Shown: piece after piece, positions 46,846 to 60,831 of the stretch
Position numbering within the stretch: the stretch's first letter is position 1
Layout: the number at the start of each line of letters is the position of its first letter
DNA from: Basidiobolus meristosporus CBS 931.73
Lineage: Eukaryota > Fungi > Basidiobolomycota
DNA length: 64,000 nt
Direction: 5' to 3'
Assembly (NCBI GenBank): GCA_002104905.1
Contig: MCFE01000138.1
Location: 1-64,000, forward strand
The notes under the pieces: generated by a model
Told to the model about the DNA's origin: nothing
Seen by the model: the letters and a program-made list of their open reading frames with translations, nothing else
The model's database searches: none
Program-made: the position numbers and the translations under genes

Positions 46846-49730
46846 TAAGCATCCCTAATGCATGGGTAATCAGTTAGGTAATGCAAAGTTGGGTTGAGTG
46901 CAACAAGCAATTAATTCATATTAGGAAAGATCTACCAAAGTATGCCGGGTTTCTCTTGGTCACAAGCTGGTTTTCTTACAATTTAATACGGATTTCACAT
47001 AAACAAGAGCCAGTGCACACCTATAAGGGAGACTATAATCCAGCATGAAGAAGGAATATATTGGCTAAGTACCAAAAAGTACCATATAAGGCAATTGGAT
47101 GAACTGGCCAGCTAGGTCCATTCAAATAAATGTAGAGTGTATCAAAATTGTTATAACACCATGCCACATTTGTCAAAAGACTCTCAAAACCACAACTAGT
47201 TTTTAACTTTATTTAGCAGAATAATTAGCAAAACACCATTGTGTTCCTGTCATAAGAATGTGTAGAGGATCATTAATTACAAGCTGTTGGTATTATGAGA
47301 GTTTTGTGGTGGGATCCTGATTGCTGATCTGGATTGGATCCACCAGCAGGACCAAAAACTTTTCTTAGGGTGTGATGCATCCTAATTTCCAACAATCCTC
47401 TGATACATGTGTCAAGTCTGCTATATATTACTCACCTTTACTGAGCTCCAGATGGTTCCTTATCAGAGTACAGTGTCATGCCTACATCCTGCAAATGTTT
47501 CAATAAACCAGATGATTTTACCCTCATTGTTTGACAATGCCTGAATTTCACACTTGATGCCTTGTATTCAGCATAATAACTGTGCCTCTGCCCTCTAGAA
47601 GATCTACTGAACCTCACTGTAAGAGTATACAAAATGCTCATGATATAGAGCTTATTGTTGAGCATTCTTAGATGTGGAAGTCTATTGGAGCTTATAGACT
47701 AATTCTCCTAGCTTGCTCTAAGTCATAAATACCTTCTGCAAGGTGGCTTTCCATTGCTGTCAGCTAGGAATGCCTGCCTCACCAGAAACTTTGCCAAGTG
47801 TTACAATTCCAGAATGGCCGCACATGTCAACCCAATCTATGCCAACCTACTTCAAAAGAGTACAGTACACCAAATTAGCATGTGCAAGTAACCTTGGGTG
47901 AATTGACTAATGCAAACCTGCATATAAAAGAATGCATTGGTACACAACACTCCAGGTTGGTATGATGGCATCAACCAGTGCAATTTGGCATAGTCAAGCT
48001 ACAGTTGTGTACTCATCAGCCAATATGCAAAACACTGATCACTAGTACTTAAGTAGCAAAGTTAACAGTCAGCAAGGAAGTAGTTAGGTGTGCATAGTAG
48101 TAGTTTCCAAATGCTTAATTGTTACTTCCAGCAAGAAAAAAAACTAGAGAAGATGATGTAATTAGGTTGAGTAGCAATGCTTTGTCATAATACAAGCAAT
48201 GTAAATTCTTTTAGCAATCAAAATTTAAGTATTGCAAACCCAATATTAACATAATTAATTTAAAGGTAGTTGCGCACTTGAAACTAAACACCTCTAAATA
48301 AACACCCAGTAAAGCTAGTGGATCTATCATGCAGCTACCAAATTGGGTGCATGCCAGCTATGACATCTTGTCCAGTCACTATAATTAAGGCTTATTTGCT
48401 CCATATGCAAAACATGATATTTCATGGCAAATCAGGTAGCTTCTGAATTTGCAACAAAGCCAATTGCAGGTATGCAGCATCATAATACATTTGGATGAAA
48501 TAACCATGGACATATCATCCAATCTGAATGATGGTTGCTAAAACAGTATGTTTCAGTGTAGCTTATAGTGTAATGCACACTTATTCTGACTTACAAGAAA
48601 GAAACATATCAAAATACCTCATTTTACCCACTTCAATTGTGGTATCTAATTGTATATTTGATGCAAACAACTCAAGTGGCATAATCATCCATGACAACCT
48701 CATGATGTCAGATTGTACCTAAGTGTGCAGGATTATCCCACAAAGTGCAGAACTTTAGGAACATTCCTATATACTGATAGCTAAATTGTCATGCCCAATT
48801 ATTATCACTGATTGTAGATTGTGCCATACACCCTGGCATAGTGCAATGGAAAGGGTTTATTTTTTCAGAGTTCGAATGGTCTAATCTTGAAGAATCCAAT
48901 TGCAAATGCAGAACACGTAGCACTGTAAACAAAATAGCTATAACACTACACCATGACAGCTTAGGCATATTCAAACATAATTAGAAAGTATTAGATAGAT
49001 GACTGCAAGCCTTTAGCTACTTCAATGGAGAGAAATGTTGAGTAGTCAGAAGTTAATCAAATTAGAAGTACTTCATATCACTTGAAAGTTAGTGCTTTCT
49101 CTATTACTTAACAGTGCTAGCATGATGTATACATGCACAGACACAAGTTAAATAGCATATATAGGGTGGGAGCTGTCAGCTAAAATCACCAATACCATTG
49201 CTCAGAACATATTGCAGCAGTTAGGCAAGTGCCAAGCTTTTTTACTAGTACTTGTTGATTCCACATAGAGTTTGCATTTAATCAGGCAATGACTTGCTGC
49301 ATACTAATTTTGACATCTGCAAGCACTGAATAAAAGAGTCAATAGTCCCACTGCCAAATCCATTCTGGTTTAACAATTAGCATCCTGCAATGAATATTGC
49401 AAGCTTGTATGGTATTCCAAGGCTTTAATATGGTCACATCTATCTGATTGTACCTAGCAAGTTATTACTTAAAACTGCTTGCACAGAAAAAGCTCAACAA
49501 TGATTTGATAACCATAATGAGGGCATATGTTGACCAAATCCTGGCAGAGTGTCTGTTGTGTGTCAATATTAAAAAACATAAATTTTCAATAAACTTGGGA
49601 ATCTGGTGCCCTAACTGATTTTCCCTAACCCACCCTAACTAGTCCAGCTTTGATTTATTTTATCACATCAGAGAATCTAGTTTCAAAATCAAGCTAAAGC
49701 CATCTATGTGCAAGCCCATATTTTATCACT

Positions 49731-52700
49731 TGTTATGATCTGCCGCTTGAATGTTTAAGTTAGATCAGTTTTTAGTCAAATCAATTAGTATATGTTTAGG
49801 TTATCAGTATATCAGTATTATCTATGAAATCAGTAGCATTAGTCAGCAAATGAATCAGCAGATCCTTATCAGACAGAAAAAGATATATTAAGTAGGATCT
49901 TATTGGGTGATGATGATGCAATCAAATGAGTCATCAGCCACAACCTACATTAGGAAATACAATTAGTCAGCAATTGATCTGGCAAAATGTATATAAGGAG
50001 CTGCTGGAACCTCAATAAAAATCAGTTCAAGTTTTAGTGAATACAATACTAGCTAAACTCCCTATTCCTCTACAACTCTTATACCAAGACTTGTAACATT
50101 GGTAGCAGCGATAACCAGAAACCTCCCTCCTGAAGAAAGAAGAAAACACCCTCAAGATGTCGGACAATCAAGAATGGAAGAATGCCATGCAGCAAATCCT
50201 GGCCCAACAGCAACAGCTACTCCAGATCCTCAGCCAACAGCAACAAGGAATGACTACCATGGCTCAGAGCCAGCAAAGCCCTATCAAGAGCAACTTTAGT
50301 GTGAAGGTCAACCGGTACCATGGCAGAGTCAATGAAAACCTGGGAACTTGGCTCTTTCAGATTGAAGAAGCTTTTAAAGCTAAAGGAATTGCTCCAGAGA
50401 GCAAGTTGCATTATGCAGCTTCTTACCTGGCAGATGCAGCTTTACAGTGGTACCACAACAAGATCAGGTCAGCTACTATGATGGGATGCTCTACAATCTC
50501 TACCTGGGATGAGTTTGTGTCGGAAATTCAGGATGCTTTTGAACCTCCACACCAGCAGACACTACTAAGAAGGAAGTTAAAGACACTCAGACAGAAAGGA
50601 ATGGTGCAAGAATACATCTATGAGTACAGATGTCTACTTGGACAAATTGAAAGAATGGACCCCTTGGATCAAGTTGAATACTTTATTGATGGGTTGAAAG
50701 AAAGAACTCGCAAGGAAGTCAATTACCGAAGACCTCAGACTATTGAAGAAGCCATCAAGATTGCCATTGACTATGACTCAGCTATGTTTGGAGTTGGGAA
50801 GCCTACAGTGACTAGTCAGAAAGGCTATAATCATTATGAAAGAAGACAATCAGAAGCAGTACCAATGGAAATAGACGCTATGCAGAAGAATCCCTCCTCA
50901 GAAGAATGCAAGAAGAGAGGACTTTGCTTTAATTGCCACCAGCAGGGACATATTGCAAAATACTGCCCTCAGAGAAGAAATGGACACCAGCCAACAAGAA
51001 CCTTCAACCATATTGAATCCCATGAACACAATAATGAGGAAGATGAGCTTGAAGAAGACTCGGAACTCACCTTCCATATGACAGAAGAGTACTTGTCCCA
51101 AATGACTTCAAACTCAGGGAAGTTATTGTACCTGAATGGAGCAATCAATGGAGTACCTGCCAAGATCATGATTGACTCAGGAGCATCGCATGAGTACATG
51201 TCAGAGCAATTTGCTTTGAAAGCTGGAATCAACTTGGAACCTACCAAATCAACTTCAGTCTCCACAGCAGATGGGAACTCCCACATAATCAACCGTATTA
51301 CCCAGCCAGTAAGAATGAAGATCAATGACTATGAAGAAGACCTACAGGCTTATATATTTGGGAACTGCAAGTTTGACCTTGTACTTGGGAAAACCTGGCT
51401 ATTTTGTCGTAATCCATCAATCAACTGGAGAACCCATGCTACTCAGATCCAAAAAGACAACAAGACCTATGAGCTATTACCTGCCAGGCTGGATTTCAAC
51501 TTGGTCAATTCCAGTGTGTGTGAGACAAGTGAACTTAGCAAGACCCAGTTCTGTAGAGCACTTAGAAAAGGTACCCAGATGTTCCTCATGGCGGTATTAC
51601 AGGAGGATTCCTCTATCCCAGCACCCCAGCAGGTCCAGACTCTCTTGAAGAAATATTCAGACGTGTTTCCAGATGAGCTTGTAAGCCTACCACCAGTCAG
51701 AGATGTGGATCATGCCATTGACACAGGAGATAGCCCTCCAGTGAGCAAGACACCTTACAGAATGAGTCCATTGGAATTGGAGGAAATGAAGAAACAAATT
51801 GATCAGCTATTGGAGCAAGGATACATCAGGCCCAGCAAGTCACCTTGGGGAGCACCAGTGCTTTTTGTGAAAAAGAAGGATGGAACACTTAGGATGTGCA
51901 TTGACTACAGAGCCCTGAACTCAGTTACCGTCAAGAATAAGTACCCCATACCTTGGATTGATGAGCTTTTGGACCAACTTAATGGAGCCACTATTTTCAG
52001 CAAGATCGACCTCATGTCAGGATACAACCAGATTAGGGTGAAACCAGAAGATATCCCTAAGACAGCATTCAGGACCAGATATGGACATTACGAGTACTTA
52101 GTCATGAGTTTTGGCCTCACTAATGCCCCTGCAACATTCATGACGCTGATGCAGACTGTCTTTCAGGAGTACTTAGACAAGTTTGTGATAATCTACCTGG
52201 ATGACATATTGATATACAGCAAGACAGAAAAGGATCACATGGTGCACATTGAAAAGGTCTTGAAGAAACTAAGAGAGAACAAGCTATACGGCAAGCTAGC
52301 CAAGTGTGAATTCTTCAAGGAACACGTAGAATATCTGGGACACATAGTGACTAGCACAGGAGTAACCTTAGACCCCAAGAAGGTGGAAGTAATCAAGAAT
52401 TTGAAGCAGCCCCATAGCATATCAGAACTCAGATCCTTCCTTGGAATGGTTTCCTATTATCGGAGATTTGTCAAGTCATTTGCAAGTATTGCAGCCCCTT
52501 TAACTGATATCCTCAAGAAAGAGAATACCTACAAGTGGGACATAGCTTGTGAGACTGCCTTCCAGACGCTAAAGAATGAACTTGCTAAGTTACCAAGCTT
52601 AAGAATACCAGACTTCAGAAAAGAGTTCACTCTATGCACAGATGCTTCAGATTATGCAATTGGTGGAGTGCTGAGCCAAGAACACGAGGGAAAGGACTAC

Positions 52701-54668
52701 CCTGTTGCCTTTGAATCCAAGAAACTGAACTCAGCAGAACAAAACTATCCAGTCCATGAGAAGGAGATGCTTGCTATAATACACTGTTTGAAGACATGGA
52801 GATGCTATATTGAAGGAGTCAAATGCACTGTGAAGACTGATCATGCCTCCCTCAAGTATATATTTACTCAGAAGGTACTCTCTAGAAGAATGACAAGATG
52901 GAGTGAATACATTCAGCAATTTGACCTGGAGATTGTCTACTGCCCTGGAAAAAACAACACGGTTGCTGATGCCTTATCAAGATTAGATCAAGTTGCACAA
53001 CTCAACTTGGTGCATGAATCAGATTGGCCTAGCCTATTACCAAAGTACTTGGAGGACCAAGCCATTCCTAATGAGGTGGATGAAGATATCAAGAAGATAA
53101 TCCGGGATGAAGCCAGCAAATTTGTTGTACAGGATGAAACACTCTACCGAATTGTTGATGGAAGCCCTATTGCCTATTGTCCTTATGTTGCTCGCCTGGA
53201 TTTAATACATAAGCTACACAATGGATATGGACATCTTGGGATTGAAGGAACCTATAGCCTTGTAAAAGCCAGAGCATGGTGGCCCAGAATGAAACAAGAC
53301 ATTGAGAAGCTAGTAAAAACATGCCCAAACTGCCAAATCAATCAAGGCCAGCCACAAAGAATTGCCGAACTCTTCCCTTTGGAGCCTGTAAGACCATTTG
53401 AGAGATGGGGAATTGACTTTATTGGAAGACTGCCAACTACCAGGAAATGTAACCGTTGGATCCTAGTAGCTATTGACCATGCCACTAAATGGCCAGTTGC
53501 TAAAGCCGTACCAATAGCCAGTGAACAAGAAGTTGCAAGTTTCATTTACCATGAGATCCTGATGAAGTTTGGATGCCCTGTGGAGATCTTATCCGATAGA
53601 GGTGCAAACTTTATGGCAAAGACATTAGAGGCTTACCTGGAAATGCAGCAGATCAGACACTTGAAAACCTCGGCATATCACCCCAGAACTAATGGAGTCA
53701 CTGAGCGGTTTAATGGATTATTTGGAAAAATGCTGACTAAGTATGCAAATGGAGTTGTCAGTAGATGGGATGAGTATATAGACCAAGCACTCTTTGCATG
53801 CAGAGTCAGAGTACACAACACCACCCAGCAATCACCATTTTACTTAGTTTATGGATGTGAACCTAGGATTCCAGGAGATCTCACACAACCCAAGCTTACA
53901 GATGCCTTAGAAGATGAACTTAGTCAGCCAAGTAGACACCAGCAACTGGAACAAAGACGTCAAGAGGCACAGACCAAAGTATCTCAAAGTGCAGAAAAGA
54001 TGAAGCAGAGATTTGATAAGACTATAGCACCAGAAGCATTGACAGTTGGGAACTTTGTATTGCTAAGAAACAACACTCGGAAGAAGTTTGAGCCACAATG
54101 GACAGGACCATTCAAGATCATCAGAGAATGTCCATTTGCAACTTACCAACTGGTGGACAAGCAAGGTAATATCCGGGAAGACTTAGTGCATAGGGACAGA
54201 CTCAAGCTTGCAAGACTTGCTGATAATACTGAACCATCAAGATATTGGTATCACAAGAAAAGAGATTCAGGAGAACTCTCTCAACTTTAGTAGGGGAGAA
54301 TGTTATGATCTGCCGCTTGAATGTTTAAGTTAGATCAGTTTTTAGTCAAATCAATTAGTATATGTTTAGGTTATCAGTATATCAGTATTATCTATGAAAT
54401 CAGTAGCATTAGTCAGCAAATGAATCAGCAGATCCTTATCAGACAGAAAAAGATATATTAAGTAGGATCTTATTGGGTGATGATGATGCAATCAAATGAG
54501 TCATCAGCCACAACCTACATTAGGAAATACAATTAGTCAGCAATTGATCTGGCAAAATGTATATAAGGAGCTGCTGGAACCTCAATAAAAATCAGTTCAA
54601 GTTTTAGTGAATACAATACTAGCTAAACTCCCTATTCCTCTACAACTCTTATACCAAGACTTGTAACA
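49731..54668 (+). mobile_element. Full-length Ty3/gypsy LTR retrotransposon, same family, 4,938 bp, TSD CACT
   Basis: LTRs at 49731-50098 and 54301-54668, identical by eye. PBS 50100-50110. PPT ~54289-54300. CACT on both flanks. Confidence 0.97.
50157..54290 (+). CDS. Gag-Pol polyprotein, 1377 aa
   Basis: Near-identical to 42286-46419, with the same domain motifs. Confidence 0.97.
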   Translation: MSDNQEWKNAMQQILAQQQQLLQILSQQQQGMTTMAQSQQSPIKSNFSVKVNRYHGRVNENLGTWLFQIEEAFKAKGIAPESKLHYAASYLADAALQWYHNKIRSATMMGCSTISTWDEFVSEIQDAFEPPHQQTLLRRKLKTLRQKGMVQEYIYEYRCLLGQIERMDPLDQVEYFIDGLKERTRKEVNYRRPQTIEEAIKIAIDYDSAMFGVGKPTVTSQKGYNHYERRQSEAVPMEIDAMQKNPSSEECKKRGLCFNCHQQGHIAKYCPQRRNGHQPTRTFNHIESHEHNNEEDELEEDSELTFHMTEEYLSQMTSNSGKLLYLNGAINGVPAKIMIDSGASHEYMSEQFALKAGINLEPTKSTSVSTADGNSHIINRITQPVRMKINDYEEDLQAYIFGNCKFDLVLGKTWLFCRNPSINWRTHATQIQKDNKTYELLPARLDFNLVNSSVCETSELSKTQFCRALRKGTQMFLMAVLQEDSSIPAPQQVQTLLKKYSDVFPDELVSLPPVRDVDHAIDTGDSPPVSKTPYRMSPLELEEMKKQIDQLLEQGYIRPSKSPWGAPVLFVKKKDGTLRMCIDYRALNSVTVKNKYPIPWIDELLDQLNGATIFSKIDLMSGYNQIRVKPEDIPKTAFRTRYGHYEYLVMSFGLTNAPATFMTLMQTVFQEYLDKFVIIYLDDILIYSKTEKDHMVHIEKVLKKLRENKLYGKLAKCEFFKEHVEYLGHIVTSTGVTLDPKKVEVIKNLKQPHSISELRSFLGMVSYYRRFVKSFASIAAPLTDILKKENTYKWDIACETAFQTLKNELAKLPSLRIPDFRKEFTLCTDASDYAIGGVLSQEHEGKDYPVAFESKKLNSAEQNYPVHEKEMLAIIHCLKTWRCYIEGVKCTVKTDHASLKYIFTQKVLSRRMTRWSEYIQQFDLEIVYCPGKNNTVADALSRLDQVAQLNLVHESDWPSLLPKYLEDQAIPNEVDEDIKKIIRDEASKFVVQDETLYRIVDGSPIAYCPYVARLDLIHKLHNGYGHLGIEGTYSLVKARAWWPRMKQDIEKLVKTCPNCQINQGQPQRIAELFPLEPVRPFERWGIDFIGRLPTTRKCNRWILVAIDHATKWPVAKAVPIASEQEVASFIYHEILMKFGCPVEILSDRGANFMAKTLEAYLEMQQIRHLKTSAYHPRTNGVTERFNGLFGKMLTKYANGVVSRWDEYIDQALFACRVRVHNTTQQSPFYLVYGCEPRIPGDLTQPKLTDALEDELSQPSRHQQLEQRRQEAQTKVSQSAEKMKQRFDKTIAPEALTVGNFVLLRNNTRKKFEPQWTGPFKIIRECPFATYQLVDKQGNIREDLVHRDRLKLARLADNTEPSRYWYHKKRDSGELSQL

Positions 54669-54880
54669 CACTAACTTGCTAAATAGTTCTGATTGCGTTG
54701 GTTTAGGTGCCTTCTAGTAGCTTGTAGCTGTAATCAGGGTGTTTACATAAACAACCAGGGGATTACTCTCTTTGAGACTTGCTTTCTATATATATATGTA
54801 GAGTAACTTGTAATACTAGATTTAAGCCCAATATCTTCCAATTCAATGTTGATCAAATTATTCCACACACTGGGTGTCTG

Positions 54881-56900
54881 TGTTGTAAGTCTTTATATAG
54901 AGTAGGGAGACAGGGAGTTTAGCAAACATTGCTTACAACTTGAAGTAATTTTGATAAGGTTCCAGCAGCTGCTTATATAGTGTATGACAGATCATGAGCT
55001 GACTAATTGTGCTTTCTCAAGTTGACAGTGGCTAAAGACTATATTTATAGCATTGTCATCCACAGTAATATCCTACTTTGTGCATTTATTTCTGTCTGAT
55101 AACAATATGCTGATTTAGCTACTGACTATTATTACTAACTTGATAGAAAACACTGATACACCAATATGATATTGACAGATTCATAGCAATATAGCTAGAG
55201 ACTAATCTAACATCAGCATTCAAGTTGTATATCGTAGTATTTTACACTAAAAAAGCCTGGTGACTCTGCTGAATATTTTCTCTTATGATTCCAGAAACTT
55301 AATGGTTCTCCATTATCACTAAGTCTTGTGACTTAAGTCACCCCCTAAGAATCTAATCTTTGCAGATATTCCCTTGCTTGTCCACTGGTTGCTAGGTTGA
55401 AAAGGAGCATTCTTGGCTCATTTTATAGGGTCCTGCCAATTGAGCACCCACTTCTTCTAAGTACTCTTTTGTGTTATACACATATTGCAACTGTCAGTGC
55501 TTCTGATAAAATAGTTTTACCAAATCCCTGCTGAATGCTTACTTGTTGTTTGCACACTTTGGCCTAGATCTTTTGAAACCTTTGCCCCAGTTAATGATGC
55601 TAAGTTAGCTGACTGAGCCAATATTGAAAGGTGTCAGTAAGCATTGGCAAATTCATTTGCATACTGCTCTGCATTATCACAATAGTCCATTAAACAGCTC
55701 AGTGGCTACATTGGATTTAGGGTGAAATGCCAAAGTTTACCATTACTTGTTCTGAGGCATTGCCAGATTCAGATACAATGTCCTTTCCAAAAAGTTAAAT
55801 GTTCTGACTTCATCCTGTCATTCTTCCAAGTAGTTCCCTTTCAGTCAGTATGCACAAGAGTTAGGCATGATCAGTTTTCTCAGTACACTTGATGCCTTCA
55901 ATGTAGCATCCCCATATCCTTAAGCAGGCGTATTACACCAAGCATCTGCTTCTCACGCACAGGTCAGTACTTGTCTGCTGACTTTAGTTTCTTGGATTCA
56001 AATGCATCAGGCAAATCATATCCTTTGCATTCTTGGCTTAGCATTGGACCAATATTCTATCAGGGTGTCTGAGGAAAGAGTGAATATGCTTCTTAAGTTG
56101 GGTATGCTTAGGCCTAGTAGCTTTGCACAATAATCATTGGCGTCTGAGAGGCAGTTTCAAATGCACTATTGCACTTGTGAGTATTGTCCTTTTCACAAAT
56201 ATCAGCTAAAGGGACAGCAGTAGTAGCAAAGAACCAGACATATTGTCAACACTAGGAACTCATTGCAGGAATTATCTGAGCTCTGAGAACACGTTAGGCT
56301 ACTTTTTATTTGTGGTAAACTTAGCTTTCTTTGGGTCTTTGATCACCTCTGTGCAAGTTGCTGTGAGTCTAATTATATAATATGTACCTAGAAGAACTTG
56401 CACTTGGCTGACATGCCTTACAGCTTGCTATCTCCAGGCCTTTGGGTCTTTCTGCATAATCATGATCTTGATACAAACTGGTTCAGTTGTTTGCTTGGTA
56501 CTGAGAGTTCCTGTTAGCTGATGAGACTGAAGTTGGGTTGGGGGGTCTGAGTCAGCTTCTGCATCAAAGGCAGTCCAGCCCAGTAAATTTGATATGATAC
56601 TTTGGAATCAATTACAAACATGGCTGGTACCTGATTGAATGTTCCATTGATGTATTCACTTTTCTTCAAGTTGGAGTCACTTGGCATCTACCTTCATAGG
56701 CACAGCTTGTGATAGCCTTCTTTTATAGTAATTTTTGCCACACTGATTGGTTGTTGCAGTCTTCCCGTATAGACCATGCTGAGTTATAGTGAACAAGTAT
56801 TTTGATGGCTTTGTCAAAAGTGCTAAGGTATTATTTGAAAGATGCTGAATACTTTTATAAGCTTTGATAGTACCATCCACCCAAGCAATCTGCAATAAAT
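54881..56900 (-). mobile_element. Old, deleted relative of the same Ty3 family (diverged LTR ~54881-55239 plus decayed integrase, RNase H, RT and gag pieces)
   Basis: The LTR is colinear with the young LTR (TGTTGTAAGTC..GGGAGTTTAGC..GGTTCCAGCAGC..CATTCAAG). Internal pieces follow the young element order, including gag AVPMKVDA. Confidence 0.7.
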
Positions 56901-58299
56901 GGGGTAATTACAATTTCAAATGGTTGAGTGGCAATACCAACTTCATGATTGGCACTCATAGAGTATCTAATTCACTTATCAGCATCCAAAAATCATATAA
57001 CAAATGTTCCAAGGAGTTTGGCTGATCTAAGATGACATTTAGGCCCTACAGGAGATAACTCTAGTGCGGTATTTACTTGTAGACATATAGCTGCAAAATT
57101 GCCCAATGCATCTCAAAATTGTGCTCCAAAAGCCAATCCACAGTGAATTAAAACCGTTGAACAATATTCCTAACCAAATACATCAATTGGCTTCACAATC
57201 AAAACTTTATTTGGACATTTCTCCTAATATCAATTCAAAAATAGCAGCACATTTTGTGTTCATTTATGGCTATGTAATGCCCAAAATGACAATGCTACAT
57301 ATTTCTATTGCTAATTGGAGTACACAAGTTTGATCTGAAAACTGACAGTATCAAGCACCTATGTCATCACTCTGTATTAGATATAATAAGCTATCTCTTG
57401 AACTCAGTGGGAAGTATGCCCCAGGGCTACAATTCAAGTAATTTTGCCTCTTTTGTAAATACCAAGAATAGCTAATAATAGAATGTTAACTCCACAAATT
57501 CTTGAGGGCAATATTCCCCATCATTTGAGCTTCAAGATACGTCCAGGTTCTATACAGTTTGAGTTTTTGGTGTATATCTCAGGTGTGCAAAGATTGCTAC
57601 ATGTTGAGCTTGAAAAACTTAACTGAATATAGTGACAAAAGTTGAAATATTGTTAGTGCATCAAGAGGCTTGTCAATGTGCCAGAGTGATTACATCAGTC
57701 TTTACAAATAGCTTTTGCCCTTTTCCTTGGTGTATCAAATTGCTGCATATCTAGCTTAACATTGCCTCCTTGTGCCAATATCTTGCACCAACAGCCTGCT
57801 TTGTTGTGCATCCCTTTGCCTTATCTTCTGCATTCATGCACTAGTTATGGAGATAGATTCTGATAAATATAAGATTCTACAGCTGTGCCTTTGAATCAGT
57901 ATCCTTCCCTGAATCTTTGTGCTAACATCTTCTTTCATATGTGTGATTTGACATCTTGACTCTGCTAAGTCTCAGAGTGGGTACACAAATTTAAGCAAAG
58001 ATTATAATTTGATGAATGGTGGGAGAGTATTCACACAAATATAGCTTGCAAGAGGGTGGAAATGATAATGCTGCACTTGGGCCTTGCCAGAATCAATGGT
58101 TAAGCTAAATTGTCATGCAAGCTTTATGATGAAGAATTGCTTTAAAAGCTTAGTATTATGCTTGCTAACAAGCCATTACTAATAATATATTTAACTAGAG
58201 CCCATAAGTAGAAAAGGGGTCTTATTTGAGTATTGTGAAGTGACTAAAGGAGAAACTACAAGCTGAGAACAGATCATCTGCTCAAGGAGATATACTGGT

Positions 58300-58900
58300 A
58301 CAGTAACACACCTAGATAATTATCCAAAACATCTACTGATCAAGAGGAAGCTCATCAAGCTGTTTTGCCCAACATTGTAATCTGGATCAGTCTGAGCAAA
58401 ATAAGGATGTAGCAATGCTGTCAAACGCTTTGCAGTAGATATACTAATCTGTGATAATGGCAACAGCACCTCAGGAAGAGCTTGCTCATAGGTGCTACAA
58501 AAGATTAGTGGCCAAATGTATCCCTGTACCCAAAATCCAGACTTTGGGGAAGTACTTATCTTGGTGGCAAAGCATAGCTCCATCATTGTAGTTCTAGTCA
58601 TAGCAGATTTGCAAAGCCTATATCCACACTAGTTGCATGTAAGAGTGCCCCTCCTCAAGGATACCTTCCAACAATATGTATAATATAGCAACCAGTGTTT
58701 CTTGCTGCTCCTCAAGTGCCCTAGTAGAGGTGCAAGCATATTTTTTCTTACATGAGATGAATCAGGCACCCAAATCTGTGCATAGTAGCAATGGTTAGCA
58801 ACACTGTGAAACTGGTCTTATTTGAGGAACTGTAAATTACAATATATATTTAAGCCAGCAGAAAAGCAGTATTTTCGCTGGTGCTCAACAAAGGCCACCT
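58300..58900 (+). pseudogene. Possible non-LTR (LINE) reverse-transcriptase relic
   Basis: LVAKCIPVPKIQTLGKYLSWWQSIAPSL..QICKAYI resembles the LINE RT pattern IPIPK....nyRPIsLl....Ki. Heavily degraded. Confidence 0.3.
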
Positions 58901-60463
58901 AACAAGAGCCACTTGTGAGCAGGATACACGCAAACAGATATATTATTTCAATTTGGCAGGTTTGAGAATCAGAATTTTGGCAAAATAGGCTGTCAGTAGA
59001 GTCCATGCTAAATCTTACACAATGGTGGAGAAAATCATGACACATCTAGTCCAGAACATCAGAAACATTGTGGGAGACTTCATGTTGGAGGACTGCAGCC
59101 TAATCCAACCTTGTGCTCAACAAGCTGAAGCTGAGCAAACCGGAGTTAATTCTAAACACAGTAGGGTCTACAATATATCCAAAGCTCTATTATCAATTAA
59201 TGGTTAGGAGTCTGAAAATATTTATAGCTGTCACCATGCATGATGTTGCTGTAGCCCAAGTAATGGCCAATTAACACATAAAAAAGTGGTTCCAATAAAT
59301 TGCCATAGTCATCAAGCTTCTGACAATTGCAAGAAGCAACTGTAATGTTACTGGAACAAGCTTATCCCAGAACTTAATGTAGCACTTTTGTCAAGTAGCT
59401 GAAAAGTCCTCATGCTACTGAATTATCTTGAATAATTTTGGTAATAGTCAAGATGAAGCACTGGGAATCTACAAGCACAATAAAGCAGCTCTTTATTGCT
59501 GCATACCCCACCAATAGTTTCACAAGTTTGTATAGGTACATACAGTATGCATATGTACAAAAGCTGTAGAAGTAATACATTAGACAAGTGCTTTGCCATC
59601 CTGGAAGAATAATAGCCAACATTTTAACATAGCCCTTAGTTGAGTAACTATATGATAAGTACCAGCACTGATCTAAAAAGGGAAAAGTTTGGTTGGGGCT
59701 GTGTGTGGCTACAGCAGACCATTGAATTCCTCTTGCAACCAAACAGCATTTTGAAAGTATTAACTAGGTTTTGCCTCATTTTAGTACAGTATGTAGACTA
59801 AACTTTACAGCCTTCCTTACTTATTAGATCCCATGGTAACTCCACTGTACTTGACCCAATTAGTACCTTTATAAGACTTTGCAGAATCTCTGTAAGCACT
59901 TTAGAAGCTGGTTAATATATTAAAATAATGCCTTTGGCTCAAAGCTGTTTTAGTTATGATTGCTGCAAACTTGCTTCTGTTGTAATTCAAGAAGTGATTT
60001 GAATATAAGGAACTTGTCGAGAAATAGTGATAATAGCTGAAATCTTGTTTATTTGTAAAGAAGATCAATATTTATACCTTTGTAGAAGCAATACAGTTGT
60101 AATATCAAGCAAGGAGGGCTTCTCAAGTTTCAGGAGCAGTTTGTATCAGTTTCAGGGTTAGTAGATAATTGTAGTAATAGTGCTTATTTGATCCTGGCTC
60201 TATGGGAATAATCACAAGATCATAGATCTGAAGGAAGTGGAAAAGTTAGGGCTGTAAATTAGTCCCACAGTGATCAAGACTACTCCAGAATTGTTAAGTA
60301 AATATTTAGCTGCTAAATATTACCAAACAGTCAAATACATCATCATATCCCCTCAACTAAATAATTCACTAATGCTAATTCCTCCCTAAGATTCTCATAT
60401 TGTGGCCTAGCTAGTGGTTTTGTCAATTTATCCACCACCATTTTGTCAGTTGGGCAGAACACT

Positions 60464-60831
60464 TGTTATGATCTATTGCTTGAATGTTTAAGTTAGATAA
60501 GTATTTACCTAAGTCAAATAGCTTTATTTTTAGCCTATCAGTACATCAGCGTTATCTAACAAATCAGTAGTATTAGTAGCAGATGAGTCAGCAAATCCCT
60601 ATCAGACAGTAATGGTTATACTAAGTAGGATCTGATTGGGTGATGATGATACAAACAAATGAGCCATCAGCCACAGCCTACCTTAGGAAATACGATTATT
60701 TAGCAACTGATCTGGCAAAATGTATTGAAGGAGCTGCTGGAACCACAATAAAAATCAGTTCAAGTTTTAGTGAATGCAATACTAGCTACACTCCCTATTC
60801 CTCTACAACTTTTATATCAAGACTTATAACA
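60464..60831 (+). mobile_element. Solo LTR (368 bp) of the Ty3 family with CACT TSD, inserted in the copia RNase H
   Basis: TGTTATGATC..TTATAACA is colinear with the young LTR but diverged. CACT at 60460-60463 and 60832-60835. Confidence 0.9.

Larger units (their letters stand above)
39766..47150 (+). mobile_element. CACTA/EnSpm (Transposase_21 / Tnp2-type) transposase pseudogene, split by the Ty3 insertion at 41908-46845
   Basis: Motifs CANSCMAC, LALD..PLIFTNLNLPP..N..ISLVCGPK..PLLEE..GDTPA..FSGNNG..CPICGIQG, KCKDWMIW..YS..LL..FLP..W and IGPYFTFAEFPIEQMYG. Many stops and frameshifts. Coding-like text resumes after 46846. Confidence 0.75.

Noticed and set aside
46850-49730. Host gene or env-like ORF between the twin Ty3 elements
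   Set aside because: Only short stop-riddled ORFs in CpG-depleted sequence. The first ~300 bp continue the CACTA relic.
43031-53545. Antisense ORFs within the Ty3 gag-pol genes
   Set aside because: Short shadow ORFs duplicated only because the elements are near-identical.
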